Of a DNA stretch of 64,000 nucleotides, positions 1 to 39,029 are shown one piece after another. Location of the stretch: positions 4,154,001 through 4,218,000 of the forward strand of contig OZ241829.1 in the NCBI GenBank assembly GCA_965202585.1, read 5' to 3'. The notes under the pieces were generated by a model, which saw only the letters and a list, made by a program, of their open reading frames with translations, was not told the origin of the DNA and did no database searches. Position numbers and translations under genes: made by a program. Source of the DNA: Thalia democratica (lineage: Eukaryota). Each line of letters begins with the position of its first letter. The stretch's first letter is position 1.

Positions 1-1704
1 GGCTTGCCAGCGGAGTAATTAGCCCACTACGAATTTTGTGGTTTGAAAATAATTCTTTTCAAATATTTAAGATTTAACTAAAACTTAATAAAGTGTTTAT
101 ATTTAATTTTCAGCTATACAGCAGTGTTTATTTTATTAATAGCGCATTGTATATAAAAGTCTTAGGATTTAAATTTATTAATTACTGCAATTAATTTTCA
201 TAGTAAATTCGGCCCTCAAATGAAAATCTAAGATGAAACTAAAAAATATTTTCCTTAATTTTTACAAACCATAAAAGTGTTCAGTAGCCCAAAAACAAAT
301 TCCATTAAACAATTGCAAGCAAAAAGTTGTCAATTACTTAACAGTTGTCAGGCTAATAACACTTAATTGGATAAAAGTGTCTGTTTCACAAAAAAGTCAA
401 TCCTCTTTTTCCGGACCTATTTCTAAACACCTTATAAATGGAGGGAAAATATTCAAGCATTTAGTCTCGTTTTTTGCACAGAAGCTGGGAATATTTAGTT
501 TAGTTCAGACTTTTCGTCTGGAATTTCCTTCACACCTAGTGCTTTTGAATAGACTGACAATTATAATGGCATTCCAGTTTCCCGTAAGCAAAATAAATGC
601 ACTTAAAACTGAAAATTTTAGTTAAGGTTTAAAACTTGTAGTTAAAAATATGAAAAATCTTTAATCGTGTGTTTTTTATTTAAAATGAACCGTGATTCGA
701 AAGTTTTAACTTTTTGAAATAATTTCATGAATATAACTTCGAAAAAAACAAAAACAATTTTAACAGTGGTTATACATGTTTATTATATAGATATGATCAA
801 AAACAATTAACTCAATGTAAATTAAATCGTTTATTGCTATTATAAATGCTAAACTGCTATCAGTAGATTAAATTGTTAATAAAGTTCTTTGTTATCTTAA
901 ACCGCGCTCTATTTTTAAATTGTTTTAAGATAACATAAAAGCTTTTTATTCCAAGGTTATGTTTAAACTAATTCAAGCTTGAACTGAAAAATAAGTTCAC
1001 TATAAAATTTTGTAATTGTTTTTTTTACTATAGAATTAGTTTCAGTAAAAAAATGAAACTTTTAGATGTTTTTTGAAAAGAAATATTTCTTATTTTAAAT
1101 TCCTTTGGATAAAACCAACAAGTTCTGGTATTATAAATACTTAAAAAAATTATGGTTTTGGTGATAAGTTATCTAGAAATACCTTGTAGTGTCTTAGAAA
1201 ATATTAAAAACCTTTAATTAATACTTACAAACGTTTTATTATTAGTATTTTTTTTTTCTAATGCTTTCAACTTTGTATTTTGAGCAGAATTTAAAAAATA
1301 AAAAAATTCAAATAGCAAAACAAATCAATTTATTAGTGAAAGAATGTTGAATATAAAGTAGGAAAAAACAATGAAAAACACAAAAGTATAATTTAAAAGA
1401 AGGATATGATACAACAGATTTCAAAATATTCTAAGAAATTAAATAATCTAAATAAGTCACTTGCCTCGTAAATCAAATTAAAAATAATGTTAAGTTCTAT
1501 TAAAAAAACAATTATCAATTTAAAAACTTTTAAAAACTATTCCTCTCACTGTGTTATTTATAAAAGACGTAAAAAATAATAATAAAACATTTTAACTTTT
1601 GTTACAAACTACTTCCTCTTTCCCATCGCCAAACTTTTTACTTACGACGTCACAGTTATTTTATTTACGAGTGATTGTAGGCCATAACGTATTATGACGT
1701 CACA

Positions 1705-27546
<25,842 letters not shown>

Positions 27547-28573
27547 TTTGGTCGTTTTGTAATATATTTTTTTACAAGCAGGGACGACTTATTGAAGCAT
27601 GCTAACTTAATGCTGATGTTAATATAATTAATTTGTGATAATCTGTTGAACAATTAGCAAGATTAACTGCTGTTGATGCGGTTTGCTTGCAGTTGTTAAC
27701 ATTTATTACAAGTTACAATGTTTGTTAACAACTGTGTTTATTTATTACCAAATACATATGTTACTAGTATATGTTTAGTTAATTATGTAACCATGTAAGT
27801 TTTATTTTTTAAAAGCTTTGTTTACATTGAAAAGCTTTGGCATACTTTTATTTTATTATTTACAAAACTTAAAATACGTGATGAGTTTCTAAAAAGAAAA
27901 GAATATTTTGTCAATGTATACTCATTTAAAAACAGCAGATATACTTTAAAAAGGAATAATACTTATCTTGTTTATGTTGCAGACTCAGCAGTTAAATATT
28001 GCTAACTTGCTTATCAGCTTTTGATGAGGCCTGCAACATTTCAAAATGTTGTACAGTTGATGTGTAATAATGAATCGTAGCTTGATTATTTTACAAACAA
28101 ACAAACTTTTTTATTAACTCCATTTAATTTTACTTTTCATTAACTACTTTACTTGAAAAAGTCATAACTTTTAAAAGACAATTACTTTAAAGCCAACCTG
28201 TCTAAATTATTAATAATTAAGTTTGAATAACTTAAGCTGCTTGAATGTAGATTAACACAACAATTTATTTAGCGACACGTGCCTCGGTTATTATGACGTA
28301 ACAATTAGCAAACAGCTCAACAGGCCTTCAAACAATATCAAGTTGACATTATTTACATTAAAAGGGGACTTGAGCAACTGTTGAGCAAACATGAGTGCTC
28401 TTGAACATTTAAAACTTTCCTAATCCAAACAAATCATTCTAGTAAAGTAAAAATCAAACAAACCACATTCCGACTGATCAAACAAAAAATAAATTAAATT
28501 AAAATTAAGACTAACAAGTTGTAAAAGTTTCAACTTTTTAAACAGCTCTTGTCTACTGATATGATATGCTCAC

Positions 28574-29030
28574 ATTTTAACTTTTCAATTTCATTTCTTC
28601 TCCTCTCTCGCTCCGATCTGCCTCGGGCTTGATGAAGTCATCCGAGCGTGAAAGAAGAGGAAGCCGCAACAAGTCGACACGATTGAATGGTTTCATCGCA
28701 CTTTAAACGTTCAAACTCGGTGCTTTTTTCATCGCTTCTCTTTTTTGTTTTCTGTTTCAAATCGAAATAATTTTGTGTTTCTTTGAACGGGTGCAATGAA
28801 GCTTCTTGTTGCTGATTGATTGATTTGAAGCCGATTGTTTTCTGTTTTTCCCAACAAACAGAAGTACCTCGACTCCCGTCTTTCTTTGAGGTAATTGGAT
28901 CACTTTGGTGGGTATCACACGGGGTACGCTAATATTTGAAAGAATTTTAACAAAGTTTAAATAAACAAACATCCATCAAAACTTTGGTGCGTGAAAAACA
29001 AACTTTTTATGTGTTTTGAGGCTCAATCTT
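28574..29030 (-). other. Putative non-coding first (5' UTR) exon or proximal promoter region of Gli
   Basis: GC-richer island about 1 kb upstream of the ATG exon with a minus-strand donor-like gtgagc at 28573; strongly conserved in copy B. No transcript evidence is available. Confidence 0.35.
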
Positions 29031-29499
29031 TGTTTAGTGCCGAAAAAATAATTTCAAGAATGCAAGTAATTTCTAAAAATTGTAGTTTTCACGTTATAAT
29101 ATAATTTCACCTTTAAATTATTTTGAATAAGTTTAATTTCACGTTATTACATAAGTTTCAAAGTTTCAACAGACTCAAGTATTTAAGTATGAAAAGTAAC
29201 TTAAAGTAAACAAGTTTCAATCAATTTTGAAATATAACACTTTCACAATTTAAAAGAACTTCACCTTTCAGTCTGTTTTAGTCAATTCTACATATTTCAA
29301 ATAATATAGTTTTATTATTGTTTTCGAGTTTCTACGCTTAGAAAAAAATCACTTAAAATATACAATGGTAATAAAGTTTAAAGACCGTTTAATAGCTTAA
29401 AGCTTGTATATATATACATTTAGCAACACTTTAAAGCATTTATTAGCCTTTTAAAAGTTTCAAACCAATTTAGTATATTATGCTCGTTAAAAGAATTAT

Positions 29500-29840
29500 T
29501 AACTTTAACAGCCAGCCCATTATGCAGATTCCTGCACGCTCCAAAACCAACAAAAAATATTTTCTCATCAATCCGCATAATTACCGTCAATTATGACGTC
29601 ACTAACGAGACTCAATAGCGGAAATGAGATTTTCGATATTTTTTTACCAACTTGTGCGTAGCAACGAGCCAATAATCGCATCGCAGGTAATCGGTTGCCA
29701 TGACAACGGTTTTGTGGGAGCCAGTGGTTGAATCGGATTAGTTCGGATGCTGATTGCGGATGGTTAGTTGTTGGCGGATAACTGAAGAATTGTTTGTTCT
29801 GTTGCCTGTTTGCGGTTGTCACTTGTAACTGATACAACAA
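29500..29840. promoter_or_regulatory. Conserved cis-regulatory module upstream of Gli, copy A (CRE, CCAAT, RFX X-box, GGATTA)
   Basis: GC-richer island with TGACGTCA 29594-29601, gccaat, GTTGCCATGACAAC 29694-29707 and GGATTA; retained in all three copies. Confidence 0.65.
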
Positions 29841-32800
29841 AACAGCAAACTGTTTTTTTTTTTCAAGGATGATTTTTAACAGGGTATTTTAATGTACATA
29901 TTTTGTTTACTTTTTTCTAAGGTGTTAAAAACCACAATCGTAAAAATATTGAAAATAAGTTATATTCAACAATCATTTTCTACATTTTGTTTTGTTTACT
30001 TTTACTTGTGATCATCGCACTAGCGTAAGACAATTGTTAAGTAATAAACTTTTTAACAATTTAACTTTTGTAATAATTGTATCATTTTCTACATACATAC
30101 TATTAATACTTGTTGCAATATTCAAAAGTTTAATATATAAATACAAAACAGAAAGTTTAAAACTAAAAATTATACAATATAATATAAAAATACTTAAATT
30201 ATATAGAATCTAATAATAATAAAATAATTTTAAAATTATTAGCTTGAGTAACAAAAAGTTTAATAAACTTTTCAATAAAAACTTTTTCAGATATTTAAGT
30301 TTTTTAGGTTAAAAAATACAACATTATAGGATTAAAAATAGAATTTCAAAGTCTATGATAAACTGTGTAAACTTTTTTCTGCTAAAATTGATATTTTTTT
30401 TGCAACAAACGTTCCTATTCTAGTACTTAAAATGCACGTAATTAGAATGTTAAACACTTGAAACTTAAAGTAAAAAAGATTTTAAAATATTGATAAACAT
30501 CATAAAACTTGAAAAGTGATTGTTCTAAATACAATGTAATTAAATACTAACACAATTTTGCACTTTTATATGGAATGTAAAGGTCAATGAAATAGAAAAG
30601 TCACACGTTTGTTAGAGTGAGCAACTTTACTGTAAATAGCACAGATGCTAAACACAGGTGGCAAAAATTTAAATTTGAAAAAAGACGGTGTATTACAGTG
30701 AAATCTTAATAAAAAAATGTGAGTAATTTATATTAGTAGAAGTTTTTAAATGTTTCATGTGTATCTGTTTTTGATATTTTCATCTATCTATAGTATAGCA
30801 ACGTTTGAAATCAAAAAGTCAACCTTGATATAAATGTTTAACTTATTTATCAATACTTTAAAAATAAGTACATATTACTATTTTATTTATTACGTATATA
30901 CTTTACAAAAGTTTGAAAAGGTTAACGGACTATGAAGTTTAAAAAGTTATTAAGCACATTTTTAATTTTTGTTTGACAAAAAATATTATAAAACTCGTTA
31001 TAAACCAGTTACGCAAACAACTAAAAAATAACAATGTATTTTAATTCTAAAAAAGAAGTTACATACATATTTTACAAAAAAGTAAGCGACTACTTTTATC
31101 ATTATTTATTATTGTTGCTTTCCATTATTTAGTTTTAATACTTTAAAGATTAACCAATCAGGTTTAATTAAGTTTTTCAGTTTCGAATTCTATTCATTAT
31201 CGTTTTAAAGTCTGTTTTTTACTTATAGCAACTTATGTTGATAGGTAGTTCGACTTCCTATTAAGCTTTACTGCTTGATTTTAGCTCGAGGGTTAGACAG
31301 TGTGTGATTATTTTACATAACAGACTAAAGTACCTGAAAACATTGTCATGTCTGTTGTAATAACAAAAATATTTAAGAAGCCAAAACGTTCAAGTTTAGT
31401 TTTACAAAGTCTTTTACAGCAGTATTTGAACATTTCAAATTCGTTGAATGTATTTTTGATTGTATTTAGCAGTTTACATAACTTTTGACTTTTGAATTAA
31501 TGTTATCAATTGTGTATTAAGAAAGAACATGAATATTTTGTTATTCGTTGACTTTTTATAATTTCTTATTGTTTTTAAGATGTTTTACATATTCTAGTTT
31601 AAAAAAAATCAAACTTTTAAACACTCTATATATAAGCTCGCTAATAGGGTAGTAAAACGTTAGTTTTAGTTATTAGTTTTATTCTTTTTCAGCTAATTAA
31701 AAAAACTTGAAAAAAAAAAAATAAAGTTCTTTTTACACTTCTAAAGTAATAGCAAATATTTTTATTTTGAAAGTTAGTTATTTGTTAGTTTTACAACTGT
31801 AACTTAGAATAACTTTCAACAGTTGAACTGATAGTAACTGAAAAAAATCATTGAAAGCATGACAACTTTTGTGAGTCAAACCGAATGAAGTGTTTTATGA
31901 TGCAATATAAAATGCTGTCATACACAATACTTGAATGTTGTGTTTGTAGCTCAATTGACTGACTTGATACAATTACTTTGTACTTTTTAGTTTAACTTTT
32001 AAGTTGTTTCAATTTTTCTGAGTTTTAGTAGTTGAGTTATTATTTTCTATTTCGTTATAATGCACAAAGTTTATGCCGTTAAAGGGTTTTAGGACAAATA
32101 TAGTTAAACAATGTTTTAATACAATGATTAAAATATAATATACTTGTTTTATGTGTAGCTTGTTTTAACAGCAATATGGTATTACCCTTTATAAATGAAA
32201 ATAAGCACTTTTAAATAAAGTACTTTGATTGAAAACAAAAATATTGGTTGGTTCTACTATCTTTATATTTATACACTTTAAATTCATATATATAAATCTT
32301 AAGTCACAAATTCTAAAATATAGATTTAATAAAAAAAAATATTTAAATTTACTGTTTTATTGTTGCAGCTAGTTGATTATTTAATTTAAAATAAAATATT
32401 AATTTATACGTGTAAATAAAGTTGGAACAGTTTATCTTTTATTATTAACAATATCTTTTTTTTTAATTACTTAAATGTCATTAATAAAATTATAATAATC
32501 TAAAAAGTACTACATTATTACACGCAGTAGATGCTTAAGAATGTTGCTGACATAAACAAATTATCAGAATTTTATATCAGTTACAATTAATTGCTTACAT
32601 CTGTTGCAACTTTTATGTTCGGCTTCAAGTGACAGCCAAAACATAAATCAACAAAATACAATAAAACTGTTTGAATAATCCAAACTTCAAAAGTTTCATG
32701 ATATTTTATGCAGATTTAGTTTGATATTAAGATTACCTAAAACAACAAATTTATTTGTTTGTCAAAAACTAAAAATGAAAAGTTTTAACATAAAAAAAGT

Positions 32801-35800
32801 TATTATCTATTACCATTTACTAAAAGGATCTTTTTTAAAGGATATGTTTTCAAAAACAATTTGATTTTATATTTTCAAAACTTTACATACTTGTATGAAC
32901 CGTATACATTATAACTTGGTTAAGTTTTATATTACGTTAAAACCATACTTGTCAGTTTAACCATATCTGACAGTTAGTAAACTTTACAATGATGTATCAC
33001 AAACTGATAAATCAACAACACTTAAGTTCATGCTTTTTTATTAATTATGCTTGTCAGTTTATCTTGTATTTTTGCTGAGGTTTAAAATTTACAACAAGTT
33101 ACCAGAATGGAAGGCATAACTAATAACTGGTAACAAATTGTTGTTATTACAAACAGTGAAGCAGTTTAAAAGTTGTGATTATAACAATAAGTTTGAAATT
33201 TGATCCGTTTCTAACTGTCTTGTAAAACTGTACAGTATTATGTTGAACTTTTACAGTACCTAGTTATACTCTGAGATTTTGTTTTAGTTTTAAAACCTTT
33301 GAGAATTAACTGGATTCTTTACGTTTCGTATTAAGCTTTCGTTGGCTTTAATAAACTTGACTATTTGTTCTCTGTTTAATAAACAAGCTACAAAATTTAA
33401 AAAATTTTAAGAAGTAATTAAAATTACTATTAACGATGAAAAAGCCAACATACTTTAATTAACTTCCAGTTTTTTACATTCAAATATAAAGTAATAGGTA
33501 GAAAGAAGTAAAAACAACAATTCATAAAAAATTAGCTTTTTCTCATTCAATTTATTCACACTTTTCAGTTTTTCAGCTAATTTACAAAAAGGTCACCTAA
33601 TCTGATCGATGACCCTACAGTTCGGCTTACAAGTTAAGCGGAGCATTTCGACACTAAAACTTTTCTCAACTTTATTGGCGAGACTTCACTAACACGGCTT
33701 TATTAATTTGCATGCTGATGTGATTTGTTCGGACTATTTTGCTTACCGATTCAACGGTTGGTAGTGAAAACAAGCAGAATTGGGAAAAACCAAAAAGTAA
33801 TTTAGTTGTAACATTATAAGTAGCCAAAGATTTGTCGACACAACATATTTGAGCACACACAGCTATCAGTATCAGTAAAATAACAAACATTTATTTCCAT
33901 GAGAACAGTTTCATGTTGACGGACAGCAGAATTACGCGCCTCTCTCACATTCGGAAGCTGTTCTCTCGTTTTCTTATTCTCTCTGGAACAGTTTCTCTTT
34001 TTTTTATTTATAAATGCGTTTTTGATGTTTACGTCTTTTTACGGTCTACCAGTCCCGAGGTCTTAATGGACTTTTTACAGCTTGGTAACAAAAAACGGCT
34101 CCCATATAATTTTCTTTGGCATTGATTTAATTTGATATAATTTTTAGCCCTTAATTTATTGGTTGTTTCTTTCAACTGGATGGTACTACTGGATGGTAAT
34201 TAGCAAAGCTGTTTTCGAATAAAAGACTAAAACGTATCTTCGAAGTAAAATAAACATATTTTAGTAATGTTTAAGAAGATAAACTTTTATATGTAAACTT
34301 GTTTACTTTTCAACTTTTTAAAAATTAAATATTATTGCTGAATGAATTTATATAAGTTGTTTTAAAATCCTCAAGTTTTACATTTCAAATTTGTGACGTC
34401 TTTTTTGAAGATAAATTATATATTGATTGTCGCAATTATTTATAAAATCCTTGTTGGTTGTCTGAAAAAATTATAAAATGGTTTGGGAAACATATTAATT
34501 GAAAAGTAAACTAAGCTTTTATGAAAGATAGCTTTTCAAAATGGTATATTAAGCTAGAGAACCAAAGTTAAAATAACTTTTTTAGAAATAAAATTGTGCA
34601 GCAACAATTTATTAGTTCTTAAAGAAAACTAACTGTTGTTGTCTTGTTTAAATTTAAATTAATATAAAACTATACAAACAACAAATATAAAATAATTCTT
34701 TTTATGTTAAAACAAAAGTTGTATTTTGTTGTTTTGAAAAAAGATTGTATCTATTTTAAATATAAATAACATTTTCTATTAAAACATAAAAAAACCAACG
34801 TGGGCTTTTATCTACTTGATACTGAAACTAAAACATCTGATGATAAAATTTTCATTCCGTAGGGTTGTTTATATGATAAGAAGATTTTGCAGTAATGAGT
34901 CATATTTTACTGCGTGGTACTTTTTGTTTATTTGCATGAAATTATATAAGAACCAATAAAATAATGAATTTTCACCTTTGTTTGGCACTTGCTGATTTGG
35001 CATGAAATTATACATATTCTATGCAAAAATTGTCATTTAAAGTTAATTTGTAGTTACTGAATATGTTTATATATTTATTTATTTCTTTTTTGTTTATATA
35101 AAAATATAAAGGTTTATACGACCGTTTCGTTTATGTACTATATTACCTCATATACTCCTAAGTAAAGCTAAAATTTATTAACAATGTTTAAAAGAATTTT
35201 AGAGTTTGAAAATTTCCTGAGTACATGACGTAGTATTAATGAAAGTTTTGTACAGCTAATTGAGTTTGAAAATATGCTGATCTTGTTAGTTTAATGATTT
35301 AAACATAATAGTTTAATATATATATGTGTATACACTTTACTTTTTATTCTTGCATATAGTGTTTTAGAAAAAAAATATTATAATTTATATAAAGCTGATT
35401 ACTTTTTAGGGTGTACATTATTTTACTATTGTTTTGCTTAACTGTTTGAAATTTAACTATTTTTTTATCACTCAGTAATTTAAACTATTTGTAATTTTGA
35501 AAGTTCTCAATATATAATTTAAACTTCAATTATAAATATTTAAGCAGCTAGTCTGATAAAAATACCTGTCTTGTAAAATTCGTTAGACGTTTAATCATTA
35601 ATTAAGACCTGAATATTTTCTTAATTTGAGAAAAAGTCCAGGTGTTTGAAAATTCCTGAAAGATCAGTCAACGTTTTTCATTCATAAATTTCAACTTGTA
35701 AACTTTATGTCTGCTTAATGAGGCTTATTGAGAGGGCAAGTAAATCTAATGTTTTTAACTTCCTCCTAAAATAAATTTTCTTAAATTTTTATACTGTTAC

Positions 35801-37270
35801 TATTAGCCTGAAATCTCATCACTTTTAAGTTTAATTAAATCTGTTTACAGAACTGTTTTATTTTAAGTTTTAAACTGGTAGTGAACCATAAATAATTGAA
35901 TAGTTAATTATTTTGATACTTGTCACAAGGCTGTTTTAAAGTAATTTATAGTACAACTTACAGATAATTTTATTAATAGACTTATTAACATTCTCGTTAA
36001 TGCTAAATGGGTGATGAATTGCATTCTACAAATTTGTGCTCAATTTATTTTACTGGTGATTTATGAGGAATTTTTAAAGATTTTTCTCAAATAACAGTTT
36101 TTAAGTTTTAAATATGTGATGTTTTTTAACTTTATGAGGTTTATAAGCTATTTAACTGTGTAAAACTTTGTTTATACAATTTTATCAGCTTGTCTTTAGT
36201 AAAAAGTTGCTACTTTTCCCTTAAAAGAAAATGACAAGTTTAACAAATAGCTAAAAATTTACATTTCTTTACGTTTCCTTCAATTCAGAGCGGTATAAAA
36301 GAATGCTTAAGCCTGTGTAAAAACTTGTCCTTATCTTAGAAATTATATTTAAAAGTAATCGACGTTTTTGTCACGATAATAACGTCCTTGTGACACCTAA
36401 AAACTTTTCATGCGGAAAAAATACTTAAAATTCCCAACAAACAAAATTAAGTATCTCACAAACGAACGGAATAACCACCTAATTTGCATGAAATCTGTAT
36501 AATACTCGTGCAAAACAAATATCAAAAAGTTTATTTTACCTCTAATGAACTTGTAAGAAAATATTGCATTAAGTTTAACTCATTTGTGGTGACTTGTTTA
36601 CTTTATATAACGTATTAGTTATTTTTTTTAAAGTACAGTTTTACCAGTTTACTTAGTTATAGACATATGTATATAGGTTTCATAATACATATAAAAATAA
36701 ATATTATGTTATGTGTTACAATTAAACTGGTGTTTTAAATGGCTAAATAAGAAATTCAGAACTTTGCTAAACATTTAAACTAATTGGCTTATATTTCGAC
36801 GCGAAAATGTCAAAAATATTCCTAAAAACTTTACTAATTTAAATGACGTCTTTACTGTATTATACTACATTTTTTCGTATTTAAAAACATAATAAGTTCT
36901 TACTTCTTTAAAACTGTTACCCAAATTTTAATACTTAAAAAATTTTTAAGACTATTTACATTGAAAATCGAAATTATACTTCTTTTTTCTTAAGCAGTAA
37001 TTAAATTCAATCAAACAAAAACAAACATAGCTAACGTTAAATGAAACAATTAAAGATGCTAACTTTAAATTTCAGAGAACCTGTACAAATCATTTTTTTA
37101 CAGATAAAAATTTGAGTTTTAACTTAAACAGATTTTAAATGATACATAATATTAAACTTTTTAATTTTATCGTTGTTTATCAAATACTCATATCAATTTT
37201 TTGTGAAGTAGCTGAGAATATTTGTCTGCAAAGTCTAACAGCTGAGGTCAACTTAGCAAGGATTAACAAA

Positions 37271-39029
37271 TGTAGTGATGTACCGGACCCGGATCCGGAC
37301 TTTTTTTTCAAATCAGAATCCGGCCGGAACCGGATCCGGACTTTTTTTTCAAATTAGAATCCGGCCGGAACCGGAATTTTTTTTCAAATTAGAATCCGGC
37401 CGGAACCGGATCCGGACTTTTTTTTTAAATTAGAGTCCGGCCGGATCCGGATATCAGACAAAAATGGAAATATCCGGCCGGACCCGGACCCGGATAGTGA
37501 GTACGGTACATCATTAGTATAAACTAGCCTAAGTCACAATGAGGTTTTTAAAAACTAAAAAAATAACTTTAATCTAATAATAAGTAGAACAGCTAGCTAC
37601 AAGGTTTACAAATTTAGGTGTTATTTACAATTAAAAATCTGAAACCAAGTTCATGAACAAAATACACTAGAAAATTACAAAATATTGAAAACTGGATCAG
37701 CTCAAACTCATTCAAAATCTAAAAAAAAACTAGCTTGAGTTTTTACAAAAAACTAAACTAGCTTGAGGCAGGCAGTCCAAGATTTTCTAAAATTCCCAAA
37801 AATTTTCAAACTAGCAGGGTTGCCACTGTTTAAGTCAATAAAACTAGCTAGAGTGAGTATAAACAAGCCTGAGTCAGAATGAAGTTTTTAAAATTACTTT
37901 AATTTAATAATCAGATAACAGCTAGCAAAGGTTGACAATTTGGTAGTAAAGTTGTGGACTGATTGTGGTACACTTAACTTTTTAGTAGTACCCATCATAA
38001 TTAAATCCTACCGTATATAATTAATATCTAACAAATAGTAAATTCAATCTGAGACTACTTTCTACAATCAGACACGACAGTTTTGAGTGATGAATCTTTT
38101 ACATAAAACACAACAAGAAATACTAGCATATTCAAAATTGTTAATTACTTTGGTAACACTTTATAAACTGGAAACTATTTAAATCTATTTCAAAAGACTT
38201 AAAACAATATACTAAAAATTAAATAAAACTTTTAGTAAACAAGAAACTGTAAAATTTTTCATAAACTATTAAACTATAAACCTGGCTTAATGTTTAAACA
38301 ATTAAACACCAGTTGAAATATTCACTTTTAAAACAAAACACTACTTACAATAAGCATTCACAAAAAGTTCAAGATATTTTGTTGCTTCAAGCTGCTCACC
38401 AAACTAACTAACTAACTGCTTACATATAAACTACCTGTCATGTTCTGATGTTTTGTTGCATCAGTATTTAGTTTGAAACATTTCGTCATATGATTCTCAT
38501 TGGCTCGTACATTCAACCGTATTAACTCTAAATATTCTCTGAACTCAACTTTAAACAACAAATAATGCAAGTATTCATTCCAAAGTTTTCAATTTTACAA
38601 CATTTGTAAAGAGTTGCATTTCTTAAATGTTTATTTCATAGTTTAAATGTAAACAAGTGTAAATTAGTCACGTGCACGAAATGAGCCAATCGGGGTGGGT
38701 GTTTAATTTTAAGTGACGAAAATGACTCTTATTAATTAACACAGGGTTTGTTTTTAAAAAAATATTTTTCAATATGCTCTTTTTTACTAACTAGATTCGG
38801 GTCCGGCCGGATCTCTATTAGGATCCGGCCGGACCCGAATCCGGACTTTTTTTTTAAAATAGAATCCGGCCGGAACCGGGCCCGGACTATTTTTTTAAAT
38901 TAGAATCCGGCCGGAACCGGATCCGGACTTTTTTTTCAAATTAGAGTCCGGCCGGATCCGGATATCAGACAAAAATGGCAATATCCGGCCGGACCCGGAC
39001 CCGGATAGTGAGTCCGGTACATCACTACA
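37271..39029. mobile_element. MITE-like (possibly hAT-related) non-autonomous element: two palindromic CCGG-rich modules bounded by an 18-bp perfect inverted repeat
   Basis: TGTAGTGATGTACCGGAC at 37271 and GTCCGGTACATCACTACA ending 39029. Modules 37271-37516 and 38794-39029 carry about 41-bp internal repeats (tagaatccggccggaaccggatccggac-T run-caaat). No ORF and no clear target-site duplication. Confidence 0.65.

Noticed and set aside
1660-1665. AATAAA 40 nt after the stop as the polyadenylation signal
   Set aside because: AATAAA is very common in this AT-rich DNA; the 3' end cannot be placed without transcript data.
28757-29840. ORFs MFVYLNFVK... and MLYQLQVTT... repeated in copies A and B
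   Set aside because: Frameshifts and substitutions between copies change the peptides; the conservation is at DNA level and no domain is recognisable.
33672-34125. ORFs in the conserved island of the duplication
   Set aside because: The reading frames are broken by indels in copies B and C.
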